Below the pieces are notes generated by a model that was not told where the DNA came from, did no database searches, and saw only the letters and a list, made by a program, of their open reading frames with translations. From the NCBI GenBank assembly GCA_963729895.1, contig CAVSQB010000022.1, positions 119,971 through 183,970 of the forward strand: a stretch of 64,000 nucleotides of DNA, written 5' to 3'. Below, piece by piece: positions 36,316 through 44,170 of this stretch. The stretch comes from an uncultured Fibrobacterota bacterium. Its GTDB lineage: Bacteria; Fibrobacterota; Chitinivibrionia; Chitinivibrionales; FEN-1185. Position 1 is the stretch's first letter; each line of letters begins with the position of its first letter. A program made the position numbers and the translations under genes.

Positions 36316-37182
36316 ATGAAAAGCGTATCACTTTTGTGCGGCGTTCTTATTGTTTTTGTTTCGGGTGTGCTGGCCTCTCAGCAATACGACGATCTGGTGA
36401 AGCTGGTCAAATCCGGCGCGAGCGAGGATGTGGTTGTGGCCTTCATTAACGCCTCAGACTCGAGCTACAATCTCTCATCCGATCAGATTGTTCGCCTGAG
36501 GGAATCCGGCGCCTCTCCGCAGGAAATTATCGCGGCAATCAAGCATAAGGGAGGGGTTGTCACAAGTTCAGCCGCCCAGGCCCAATCGGCGCCTGCGGAA
36601 ACCGCTTCGGTCATCCACCCTGCTTCGCCGCCGCCCTACGCGGTTTACCGGGTTCCGCCTCCGAGGAGAGTTTGGAGGAACTATTGGTACTCGCCGAACG
36701 CGGATAAGACCAAGCAGGCGGTTCAGCTCGATGTGGCCGGACTTTTCCTGGGAACTCTGACACTCAACTACGAATATTTGTTCAACCGTCAACACGGGCT
36801 GGTGGTTGAAGGCAGTTTTTACCCCGGGTACGCCGATTGGGACACTCACGGAGAAAATGTGGAGCTGGCGTACCGGTGGCATTGGGCAAGGAGCATGAAT
36901 TCCGGCTTTGTAGGAGTTTTTGTGAATGGCGGCCGGTCGTATGGAAACGGCCGTGATTGGTTTGCCGATACCGGCACCGGATACACGCAAACAAGTATCA
37001 CGGTTGGGCCCGACATCGGCAAGCGGTGGGTCACTCCGTGGGGTTTGAGCCTGGTTGCCAAGATCGGCTACGGATATACCTGGAGCAAATTCGGTAACCC
37101 GGCTCCCGATCAAAACACCATAGACCGGTTGCGGTGGACCACGGGCTTCGACCCCGAGATATCGCTTGGATACGCGTTTTAA
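36316..37182 (+). CDS. exported protein: ~55-aa helical N-module + predicted outer-membrane beta-barrel
   Basis: 288 aa with a signal peptide. The C-terminal ~170 aa have alternating beta-strand character and end in ..EISLGYAF (an OMP-type terminal Phe). Confidence 0.6.
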   Translation: MKSVSLLCGVLIVFVSGVLASQQYDDLVKLVKSGASEDVVVAFINASDSSYNLSSDQIVRLRESGASPQEIIAAIKHKGGVVTSSAAQAQSAPAETASVIHPASPPPYAVYRVPPPRRVWRNYWYSPNADKTKQAVQLDVAGLFLGTLTLNYEYLFNRQHGLVVEGSFYPGYADWDTHGENVELAYRWHWARSMNSGFVGVFVNGGRSYGNGRDWFADTGTGYTQTSITVGPDIGKRWVTPWGLSLVAKIGYGYTWSKFGNPAPDQNTIDRLRWTTGFDPEISLGYAF

Positions 37183-37210
37183 TTAATAAGGTAAGGCGGA
37201 AGGAAGAATT

Positions 37211-37708
37211 ATGAAAAGGGTCTGTGTTTTCGCGATTGTGATGGTAGCTGTTTCTAGTTGGGCGTCCGGCGGATACGATGATATCGCAAAACTTGTCAAA
37301 TCGGGAACGAACGAGGATGTCATCATCAATTTCATCAACTCGTCCAGCACCGGCTATTCTCTCACATCGGATCAGATTATCCAGCTCAAAGCCATGGGCG
37401 CTTCGGACAAAGTTATTGTGGCGGCCCTTAAGCACGGAAAAGCGGGCATTGCTTCCCCTGCGCCGAAATCCGGCGCGGCAGCGGTTCCGTCGCAAGATGC
37501 TGCAACCGCCGAACAGCAATCGACCACTCCTGCAACCGCTCAGGACCCCAACGCCGTTTATGGGGCAGTGCCTTCTTCCGGGGGATGGGTTCTTATGAAC
37601 GATTATTGGTACTGGCAATATCCGACCGGCGTTATCGTCGATCTGGGATGGCAGCCTTATTACTACTCCCCTTATCGTTGGTTTCCCAGGGGCCACAGGC
37701 GCTGGTAG
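37211..37708 (+). CDS. exported protein sharing the N-module of 36316..37182, with a Pro/Tyr/Trp-rich tail
   Basis: 165 aa with a signal peptide. YDDIAKLVKSGTNEDVIINFINSSSTGYSLTSDQIIQLKAMGASDKVIVAALKH aligns with the upstream gene. A GGAAGGA RBS is present. Confidence 0.6.
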   Translation: MKRVCVFAIVMVAVSSWASGGYDDIAKLVKSGTNEDVIINFINSSSTGYSLTSDQIIQLKAMGASDKVIVAALKHGKAGIASPAPKSGAAAVPSQDAATAEQQSTTPATAQDPNAVYGAVPSSGGWVLMNDYWYWQYPTGVIVDLGWQPYYYSPYRWFPRGHRRW

Positions 37709-37915
37709 CAACAAGAAGTTTGCTTCGCGATGCAAGCGGTTCTCTTGAGAAAAGCGTTCTTGCCGAATCGGAATACCGAAAGCTCATTTCTTACCACTAT
37801 GAATCCTCAATTGAAACAGGCTTCACGAGTCGCCTGTACCCGCCCGAGGTTGTCTTAACAGTCAAGAACGACATAGTGCGAAAATCAAAAAGGAACCGTC
37901 TTCGCGCGGCGGCTA

Positions 37916-38840
37916 GTAATTATATTAGGTGATTATAAAACATCTTGCACAGGAATTATCTTGTGCATATGGGCTTTAGTCAATTAGAAACCTTTGAATT
38001 CATAGGGAAAACTGAAAACAGGGCAAAATTGTTCCTCAGAAAGTTCTGTTGGAAAAATGGCCATGTTTTCTGCATCAATTGTAACAGCCATAAAATCTAT
38101 CGTTTAAAAGGTAAAAAGTTCAGGTGCAAACGATGCGGAAATACCTTTCATGACTTCTCGAATCGGTGGATTGGTCAGTGCCGCGTCCCTCTGAAAAAGC
38201 TGCTGTGGATCATTAAGCTCTTTGAACTGGAAGTCTCAGCACGCAGGATAGCAACTCAGATCGGTTTGAGCTATCCCACGGTCTTGCGGATGTGTAATCT
38301 CATCCGAAGGGCCTTGATGGTCGCTGAAAGCGATTTCTGGCTCTCTGGAGAGGTTGAGCTCGATGAATCCTACTTCGGCGGCAGGCGTAAAGGTAAACGT
38401 GGCCGGGGTGCTGCCGGAAAGGTTCCCGTCTTTGGTATCCTGGAGAGACACGGAAAAGTGAAGGTGACAGTAGTAAAAAACGTCACTGCCGAAAGCCTGT
38501 TGACTGAGACTGTGAAAATGGTCAGACGAGGCTCCATCATTTACACTGACAAATTCCGCGGCTATGACGCCCTGATGTTCTGCGGTTATCGGCATTTGAG
38601 AGTCGACCATGGGAAAAGATTTGCCACAGGCAAAGTTTATATTAACGGTTTGGAAGGCTTCTGGAGCTATGCTAAGGAACGTCTTGCAAAGTTCCATGGA
38701 GTCTCCAAAGAATACTTTCCAGGGTATCTGAACGAAATGGCTTTTCGGTACAATCATCGTCATGAAAATTTCTTTGAAAAACTTGTCAAAATGATCACTA
38801 ATTTGGTGCAAGATCCTTTATAATTACCTTATATTATTAC
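37916..38840 (+). mobile_element. IS1595-family insertion sequence (~925 bp)
   Basis: Terminal inverted repeats GTAATTATATTAGGTGATTAT (37916-37936) and ATAATTACCTTATATTATTAC (38820-38840) match at 18/21. The element is AT-richer than its flanks. No target duplication was recognised. Confidence 0.8.
37945..38823 (+). CDS. IS1595-family (ISXO2-like) transposase
   Basis: N-terminal zinc-ribbon (..CINCNSHKIY..FRCKRCGNTF..), then ..VELDESYFGG..GRGAAGKVPVFGILER.. and ..IYTDKFRGYD.., the DDE_Tnp_IS1595 pattern. The probable true start is ATG 37969. Confidence 0.85.
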   Translation: MHRNYLVHMGFSQLETFEFIGKTENRAKLFLRKFCWKNGHVFCINCNSHKIYRLKGKKFRCKRCGNTFHDFSNRWIGQCRVPLKKLLWIIKLFELEVSARRIATQIGLSYPTVLRMCNLIRRALMVAESDFWLSGEVELDESYFGGRRKGKRGRGAAGKVPVFGILERHGKVKVTVVKNVTAESLLTETVKMVRRGSIIYTDKFRGYDALMFCGYRHLRVDHGKRFATGKVYINGLEGFWSYAKERLAKFHGVSKEYFPGYLNEMAFRYNHRHENFFEKLVKMITNLVQDPL

Positions 38841-38875
38841 GCGAATCTCTCGCCGGTTCTGCACACGGAAACTCC

Positions 38876-39661
38876 ATGAACACTATTCAGCAAACAAAGA
38901 ACCTTTTGTCCCGCACGGCATTGTGCGCGGCCGTTTTGAGCGCATCCGTCTTCGCCCAGGAGTATCCGGCCCGTCCTTCCGGGCCCGTGGCCGACCTTGC
39001 CGGCGTCGTCGACCAGGCGACCCGCGAGAAAATCACACTTGTCGCGCAGGCGCTCTGGGAACAGGCGGGCTTTGGCCTCGTGGTGGCGACGGTCCCCAAA
39101 CTCGAAAATGCCACTATTGACGAATACGCGCCTGAACTTTACAAGCGCTGGGGAATCGGAAAAAAAGGATCTGACGAGGGAGTGCTGGTCCTGCTGACGC
39201 TCGACCCTCGAAAAGCAAGGATCGAGGTGGGCTACGGGGCGGAAGGGTATCTCAACGATGCGAAAACGGGAAGAATACTTGATCAATCGGGCGTCCCGTA
39301 TTTCAAGAACGGCGACTATTCCGCCGGACTTCTCAACGTTTCCCTCCAAATAGCCGCAGAGGTCTGCCGCGAGAAGAACATCAGCCTCACCCTGCCCCGC
39401 CAAAACACCTATGCGCAGCCGCTATCCAGGTATGGAAAAGTTTCGCCGTTGTATATCGTCTTCTTCATAATCGCGCTGATCTTTCTCCTGGGAACCCGGA
39501 CCGGCCGTACCGTACTCTGGACCATGATCGTCATGAGTCTTATGAGCGGCGGCCGCGGCGGCGGCCGCGGAGGTTTTGGCGGCGGTTTCGGGGGCGGCGG
39601 TTTCGGCGGGGGGTTTGGCGGCGGCGGCAGCGGAGGCGGCGGAGCTTCCCGCGGCTTCTGA
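38876..39661 (+). CDS. TPM-domain protein (YgcG-like) with TM segment and Gly-rich tail
   Basis: ..VADLAGVVDQATREKI.., ..GLVVATVP.. and ..GVLVLLTLDPRKARIEVGYGAEGYL.. match the TPM phosphatase-like domain. The C-terminus is (GGF/GGR)n. Confidence 0.8.
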   Translation: MNTIQQTKNLLSRTALCAAVLSASVFAQEYPARPSGPVADLAGVVDQATREKITLVAQALWEQAGFGLVVATVPKLENATIDEYAPELYKRWGIGKKGSDEGVLVLLTLDPRKARIEVGYGAEGYLNDAKTGRILDQSGVPYFKNGDYSAGLLNVSLQIAAEVCREKNISLTLPRQNTYAQPLSRYGKVSPLYIVFFIIALIFLLGTRTGRTVLWTMIVMSLMSGGRGGGRGGFGGGFGGGGFGGGFGGGGSGGGGASRGF

Positions 39662-39735
39662 CCCCGGCGGGCATGCGCGTGCAAAAGCGACGATCGCGGC
39701 GGAAAAAAACGGCTAAAAGGAAATGAGGTCCATCA

Positions 39736-40449
39736 ATGAGCGCAATCAGAAATCCAATTGATCTTGCGCGCCAGGCGGCGCTTGATTTTCAAGAGTGCTA
39801 CTCGAGTGACCTGCTGTCCGTCATCGTATATGGAAGCGCGGCAGGCCCCGAGTTCGACTCGAAAAGATCGGATGTCAATCTTCTGCTCGTACTTTCATCC
39901 CTTTCCCTGGCCATGCTCGAAAAATCGCGCGCCTGCCAGGAAAAATGGATGAAAAAACGTTTTGCGCGGCCGCTGTTCATGGACAAGGATTATATCACGC
40001 GGTCCCTGGATGCGTTCCCCATAGAGTTTCTTGCCATGAAGGACAGCTCTACCGTTGTCTTCGGCGAGGACGTTTTCAAGGGCATTACGATTAAGCATCC
40101 GGACCTTCGGCTTCAGATTGAGCGCGAAATCAAGGGCAAGTGGCTGCATCTTATGCGGGGTTGGCTTGAATCACAGAAGAACCCGGTGCGGCTCAGAAGG
40201 CTGTTGGAAATTTCCTTAAAGGATTTTTCCCATATTTTCAAGAGCTTGCTTCACCTGAAGGAACTTCCTGTTCCAGGGGACAGAAAGTCCCTTTTTGCGG
40301 CAATCGCAACAGCCTATGGAATAGACGGCCGGGCTTTTGAAGAAGCGTTTGCGGCCGCCAAGAGCGGCGACAAGAACGCCGTCGCCGCGGTATTTCCGGC
40401 CTATTCGAGCGCCATCGAATCCCTTTCACGCGTCATAGACAAACTCTAG
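39736..40449 (+). CDS. nucleotidyltransferase-fold protein (possibly degenerate active site)
   Basis: 237 aa. ..VIVYGSAAGPEFDSKRSDVNLLLVL.. resembles the GS...DxD minimal NTase motif, but reads D-V-N. Confidence 0.55.
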   Translation: MSAIRNPIDLARQAALDFQECYSSDLLSVIVYGSAAGPEFDSKRSDVNLLLVLSSLSLAMLEKSRACQEKWMKKRFARPLFMDKDYITRSLDAFPIEFLAMKDSSTVVFGEDVFKGITIKHPDLRLQIEREIKGKWLHLMRGWLESQKNPVRLRRLLEISLKDFSHIFKSLLHLKELPVPGDRKSLFAAIATAYGIDGRAFEEAFAAAKSGDKNAVAAVFPAYSSAIESLSRVIDKL

Positions 40450-40463
40450 ACAAAGGAGAATAC

Positions 40464-41030
40464 ATGAAAGGCAGGTACAAAGTTCTGATCGTCGTCGGCG
40501 TCGTGGTGATCCTTGCACTTATTGTGGCAGGCCAATTCATAGGGTGGAAGAACCGCCTGGTGCAACTGGACGAAAACGCCAAAACGCAATGGGCGCAGGT
40601 TGAAAGCCAGTTGCAGCGGAGGCTGGACCTTATTCCCAATCTTGTTGAAACCGTCAAGGGCTATGCCAAACATGAAGAAACGGTGTTCACGGAAGTGACT
40701 AAGGCCCGCGCAAGCGTTGCGGGCGCAGGTTCCCCGTCGGAAAAAATCGCGGCAAACAATCAGCTCACGTCGGCGTTGTCGCGGCTGCTGGTGGTTGCCG
40801 AAAGCTACCCCGATCTCAAGGCGAACCAGAACTTCCTTGCGTTGCAGGATGAGCTTGCCGGAACGGAAAACCGCATTTCCGTTGCGCGCCAGCGGTACAA
40901 CGACGCGGCGCGCATGCTTAACGCGACGATCAGGATGTTCCCCTACAGTCTCGTTTCGCGTAATTTCAAGGAAGCGCCCTATTTTGAGGCAGCGGCGGCT
41001 GCAAAAGAGGCGCCCCAGGTGAAGTTCTAA
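40464..41030 (+). CDS. lemA: LemA family protein
   Basis: 188 aa with an N-terminal TM helix. ..WAQVESQLQRRLDLIPNLVETVKGYAKHEE..F..V..AR.. and ..YPDLKANQNF..LQDELAGTENRISVARQRYN.. are hallmark LemA motifs. Confidence 0.9.
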   Translation: MKGRYKVLIVVGVVVILALIVAGQFIGWKNRLVQLDENAKTQWAQVESQLQRRLDLIPNLVETVKGYAKHEETVFTEVTKARASVAGAGSPSEKIAANNQLTSALSRLLVVAESYPDLKANQNFLALQDELAGTENRISVARQRYNDAARMLNATIRMFPYSLVSRNFKEAPYFEAAAAAKEAPQVKF

Positions 41031-41131
41031 GGCTGCGCACCGGCGCCAGACATCATCGTGCGAACGCATCGCAACAAGATCATAAGGCACGGTCGCAGCG
41101 GCCGGCGGGAGACCGCAGTGAATGCGGTCAG

Positions 41132-42607
41132 CTATTTCACGATGGAAAAATGCGTTGACATATGCTGTATACCGCATGCCACATCAACAACATAGGTCCC
41201 TCGCGCGACCGGCGCCCGTGATGAATTCGTTTGGTCCCATACAAGGTGGTTTGCCACACCCAGAACCTTTTGCGTCATGCTTCTCACCGTGGTTCCCCTG
41301 GCGTCAAAAATGCGGATAACAGCCTCGTTTCCCGCTCGGTCGCGTGGTACGCCGAATTCGATAAACGTATAGTTGGCTCCCCGAATAGGGGATGCAACGA
41401 CGCCGTAAGTCGAATTTCCCCCTTGCAAAGAAACTCGGCCAATAACGGACGACGAAGAAACCCCGTTGATGATGCGCCTGATATCCATTGCGGTTTCATC
41501 GATAATTCCGATATTGTAGATTGTGGCCAGGGCGCCCGTTACGCCGGCCGAAGCCCTGAGGTAGGGCGGCATATCGGCAACCGTGTACGCGCCCGCCGGC
41601 TTTTTGTTCAAGCGCATTATCTTTATTGCCTGCATATCGACGCTAATGGGGTCAGTGCTCATCAACACCGTATTCGCCCCGATAGTTGTAGATGTGGGAT
41701 CAACGGTCTTTGCATACGTGGAATAATCCTGCGGACTTCCGCCGGGCCCGTTTGATTCGTTCAGCCCGAATATGGCGCAAAGAACGGTGAGAACCGTTTT
41801 ATTATAGACAGGCCCGGTGCAATTGATGCAACTTAAAAATGGCGGCGTATCGGTGTCATCGTGATAATCAGGGTTGTATGTTCCATAGTGGCTTTTGAAA
41901 CCCAGTGTCACGTTTCCCGCATAGTCACCATGGCCTCGAAGACTTGGAACATTGATCAGAAAATCGCTCGCGTGCAGGGTTGCCGTATACCCTTTCACGG
42001 TCTTGGTTGTCGAGCCGACCGGCGTGTATGCAGCGCCATCCGAGTAACTTTGTACGCCGCTTTCCTTGGTAATGGTTACGCCGGGAAATAATGCCGCCGT
42101 GATCCCCAAGGCGCTAAAGGTCCCGCTTCCCATCATATCGTAAATCGAAATGTTTGCGGCAGGGAAATTGGTACCATTAAATACCATCTGCTCAAGGCCC
42201 TGGACAATTGCAAGGACGACATAGGGGTTCGGCGCAGCAAGGCTGGTATTAAACCCCATCGGCACCTTGATTGCGATTTTGGATTGCAGGGTCACCAAGG
42301 TCGCACCGCTCGCATTTGTGGGAAAGACGGCCTTCCAGGCGTCGCCGACGGTTGCCGCCCCGGTCAGCAACAGTATTGAGTCATCAACCATCTTCTTAAC
42401 AACAGTTTGATCGTAAGAAGGATTTCCCGCGGTTCCCGTCACAGCGCCTTTATTGAAATTGACCACAATTCTTCCCGGCCACTTGTTTCCAGGACCCGCG
42501 GCCAGGGCAGTCTCCTTTGCAATAACCATGGAGGCAAACCCGCCGGATGCCGTAACCGCGGCGGCGGCGGCGGAACTTTCCAAAAATGACCTGCGCGAAA
42601 TTTTCAT
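41132..42607 (-). CDS. Tat-signal exported protein, DUF362-like core + C-terminal Ig/T9SS-like beta-sandwich
   Basis: Twin-arginine motif MKISRRSFLESSAAAAAV. ..ASDFLINVPSLRGHG.. and ..DPISVDMQAIKIM.. resemble DUF362 motifs. The C-terminus reads ..IRIFDARGTTVRSMT..GTYVVDV.. . Confidence 0.6.
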   Translation of the reverse strand: MKISRRSFLESSAAAAAVTASGGFASMVIAKETALAAGPGNKWPGRIVVNFNKGAVTGTAGNPSYDQTVVKKMVDDSILLLTGAATVGDAWKAVFPTNASGATLVTLQSKIAIKVPMGFNTSLAAPNPYVVLAIVQGLEQMVFNGTNFPAANISIYDMMGSGTFSALGITAALFPGVTITKESGVQSYSDGAAYTPVGSTTKTVKGYTATLHASDFLINVPSLRGHGDYAGNVTLGFKSHYGTYNPDYHDDTDTPPFLSCINCTGPVYNKTVLTVLCAIFGLNESNGPGGSPQDYSTYAKTVDPTSTTIGANTVLMSTDPISVDMQAIKIMRLNKKPAGAYTVADMPPYLRASAGVTGALATIYNIGIIDETAMDIRRIINGVSSSSVIGRVSLQGGNSTYGVVASPIRGANYTFIEFGVPRDRAGNEAVIRIFDARGTTVRSMTQKVLGVANHLVWDQTNSSRAPVARGTYVVDVACGIQHMSTHFSIVK

Positions 42608-42662
42608 GGCTTTCTCCTGCTTAATTGCTATGGGTTAAATTCCTCGAAGCTTGCTTCGGCTT

Positions 42663-42758
42663 TAACTCACCCCTCCTCGCTTCGCTCGGTTTCCCCTCTT
42701 TTCTTCCTCTTCAGGGATGCCCGAAGGGGCATAAAAGAGGGGATTAAGGGGTGAGTTG
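42663..42758. repeat. three-tier nested imperfect palindrome (~96 bp)
   Basis: TAACTCACCCCT pairs with AAGGGGTGAGTTG, TCCCCTCTTTT pairs with AAAAGAGGGGA, and ATGCCC-GAAG-GGGCAT is the innermost hairpin. It lies in the divergent intergenic region 42608-42883. Confidence 0.6.
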
Positions 42759-42883
42759 CAAGTTCAGGATACCTCGAAAGTGCCTAACGACCTATTGCAA
42801 GGCATCCCCATCACAATAATATATCCAAGAAAGTCTGAAAAGGAAGGCCCTTGTGATTATATTTTGTCTCATCACGGCAACGG

Positions 42884-43495
42884 ATGATTGCGTTTGCAGA
42901 CTTGCGGAGGGACTTGGCAATGAAGATCGAAGTAAGAGCATGGCGTGAAGGTTTGTTGTTTTACCTGTTCCTATGTTCGGCTACCCTGATGATTGTTTGT
43001 ATGCCGACCCAACCGAGCGGTCCCCCTCAAGTCACGCTCAAGGAGCTGTACGACGCAACAGTGTACAATGGTTGGGCTCCCGATTCCGGCAGCCAGTATG
43101 TCGCCTATGATACCGTAACGATATTCGACGCCATCGACGGCGGGGCGCAGGCGTATGTAAACGCGGGCCTTCAGGCGTTCACGCTCAAGCACCTGGAAAA
43201 CGTGGGCCCTTCCAGCAACCTGTCGTGCGTGATCTGGATGATGGATTTTGGAACAAGCGCAAAAGCCGTTGCACTCTTCAACACGAATACCGTCAAATAC
43301 AATGCGTCAACGGCCGTGCCCACATTCAGCAGTTCCGATGCTGCATATGCGGTTCAGGCAGGAGGAAACATCGACGTATACGCGCATTTCAATCAATTCT
43401 ATTTCGAGCTGGATCTAACGGGGTACGACAACGTGTCGGATTCAATCAAGGACGCCCAGTATTTTCTGACAAGATACAAAGCCCTTATCGGGTGA
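42884..43495 (+). CDS. hypothetical exported/lipoprotein
   Basis: 203 aa (alternative start 42920). It has a hydrophobic N-terminus with ..LMIVCMPTQ.. and no recognised domain. Confidence 0.5.
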   Translation: MIAFADLRRDLAMKIEVRAWREGLLFYLFLCSATLMIVCMPTQPSGPPQVTLKELYDATVYNGWAPDSGSQYVAYDTVTIFDAIDGGAQAYVNAGLQAFTLKHLENVGPSSNLSCVIWMMDFGTSAKAVALFNTNTVKYNASTAVPTFSSSDAAYAVQAGGNIDVYAHFNQFYFELDLTGYDNVSDSIKDAQYFLTRYKALIG

Positions 43496-43533
43496 GAGAA
43501 AGCGACGGTGCCCTGGGCGCCGCCGCAGGCGTG

Positions 43534-43568
43534 AAATCCGCGACGGGCCAAAGCCCGGTCGCGGATTT
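43534..43568 (+). terminator. long GC-rich hairpin between convergent genes (probable terminator)
   Basis: AAATCCGCGACGGGC-CAAA-GCCCGGTCGCGGATTT forms a 15-bp stem with one bulge. Its 3' side ends in TTT followed by AATT. Confidence 0.45.
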
Positions 43569-43620
43569 AATTGGTGGTGGAAGAATAAACCGGCGTTTTC
43601 TTAAATCAAGCGGCAGGAAG

Positions 43621-43899
43621 TTACTTCTTTTTTCCCCGCGCCTCACCTATGGACCTGTACGTCTGCGAGACCGACATGCCGAATTTCTTGGCTATTTCGG
43701 TTCCCGTCTTTCCCGCCTTGAAGAGCGAAAGCATCTCTTTGTTGCGCTTCGGGTTCTTTGCATATCTCGATTCGATTCCGTACTTTTGCCGAAGTTGATG
43801 AATAGCCTGCCGGGTAACCTTGAATTTCTTGGCGATCTTTTCGTCCGTTCCCAGCGACTTTTGCAACTTGACCAGTTCGGTCTTGCTCATCAAGGCCAT
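43621..43899 (-). CDS. small tandem helix-turn-helix protein
   Basis: 92 aa and basic. It contains two similar HTH-like units (..DEKIAKKFKVTRQAIHQLRQKYG.. and ..GTEIAKKFGMSVSQTYRSIG..). Confidence 0.55.
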   Translation of the reverse strand: MALMSKTELVKLQKSLGTDEKIAKKFKVTRQAIHQLRQKYGIESRYAKNPKRNKEMLSLFKAGKTGTEIAKKFGMSVSQTYRSIGEARGKKK

Positions 43900-44036
43900 A
43901 CGGTTCCTCCACGGTAAAGAAGAAAGTTGGTTGATAGAGAAAAGTAATGTCTATGTAAGAAAATATATTGTCCGGAGGTCAGGGAATGAAATAATTGATT
44001 TTTGATCGAAACTATCCTTTCGGTAACTACCCACCG

Positions 44037-44060
44037 CCCGTCAAAAAGACGGGTTTTTTT
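44037..44060 (+). terminator. orphan rho-independent terminator in a divergent intergenic region
   Basis: CCCGTC-AAAAA-GACGGG is followed by T7 (44054-44060). No annotated plus-strand gene lies upstream of it. Confidence 0.6.
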
Positions 44061-44170
44061 CAGTTTTTTAAGGTATTTTAGGGTCGCTGGAACGTATTCC
44101 AAACGTCCGTGTCGGAACTGCGCCGTTTCTCCCGGCGAACGCGGCCGAAACGGCAGGCAAGAAAACGAGC

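Noticed and set aside
37585-37932. 115-aa ORF between the small exported protein gene and IS1595.
   Set aside because: It overlaps the 3' end of 37211..37708 in another frame and runs into the IS terminal repeat. It has no motif or RBS support.
39530-39655. GC-rich tandem DNA repeat (GGC/GGT/TTT units), considered as a VNTR or non-coding repeat.
   Set aside because: It lies in frame inside the TPM-domain gene and simply encodes a (GGF/GGR/GGS)n low-complexity tail.
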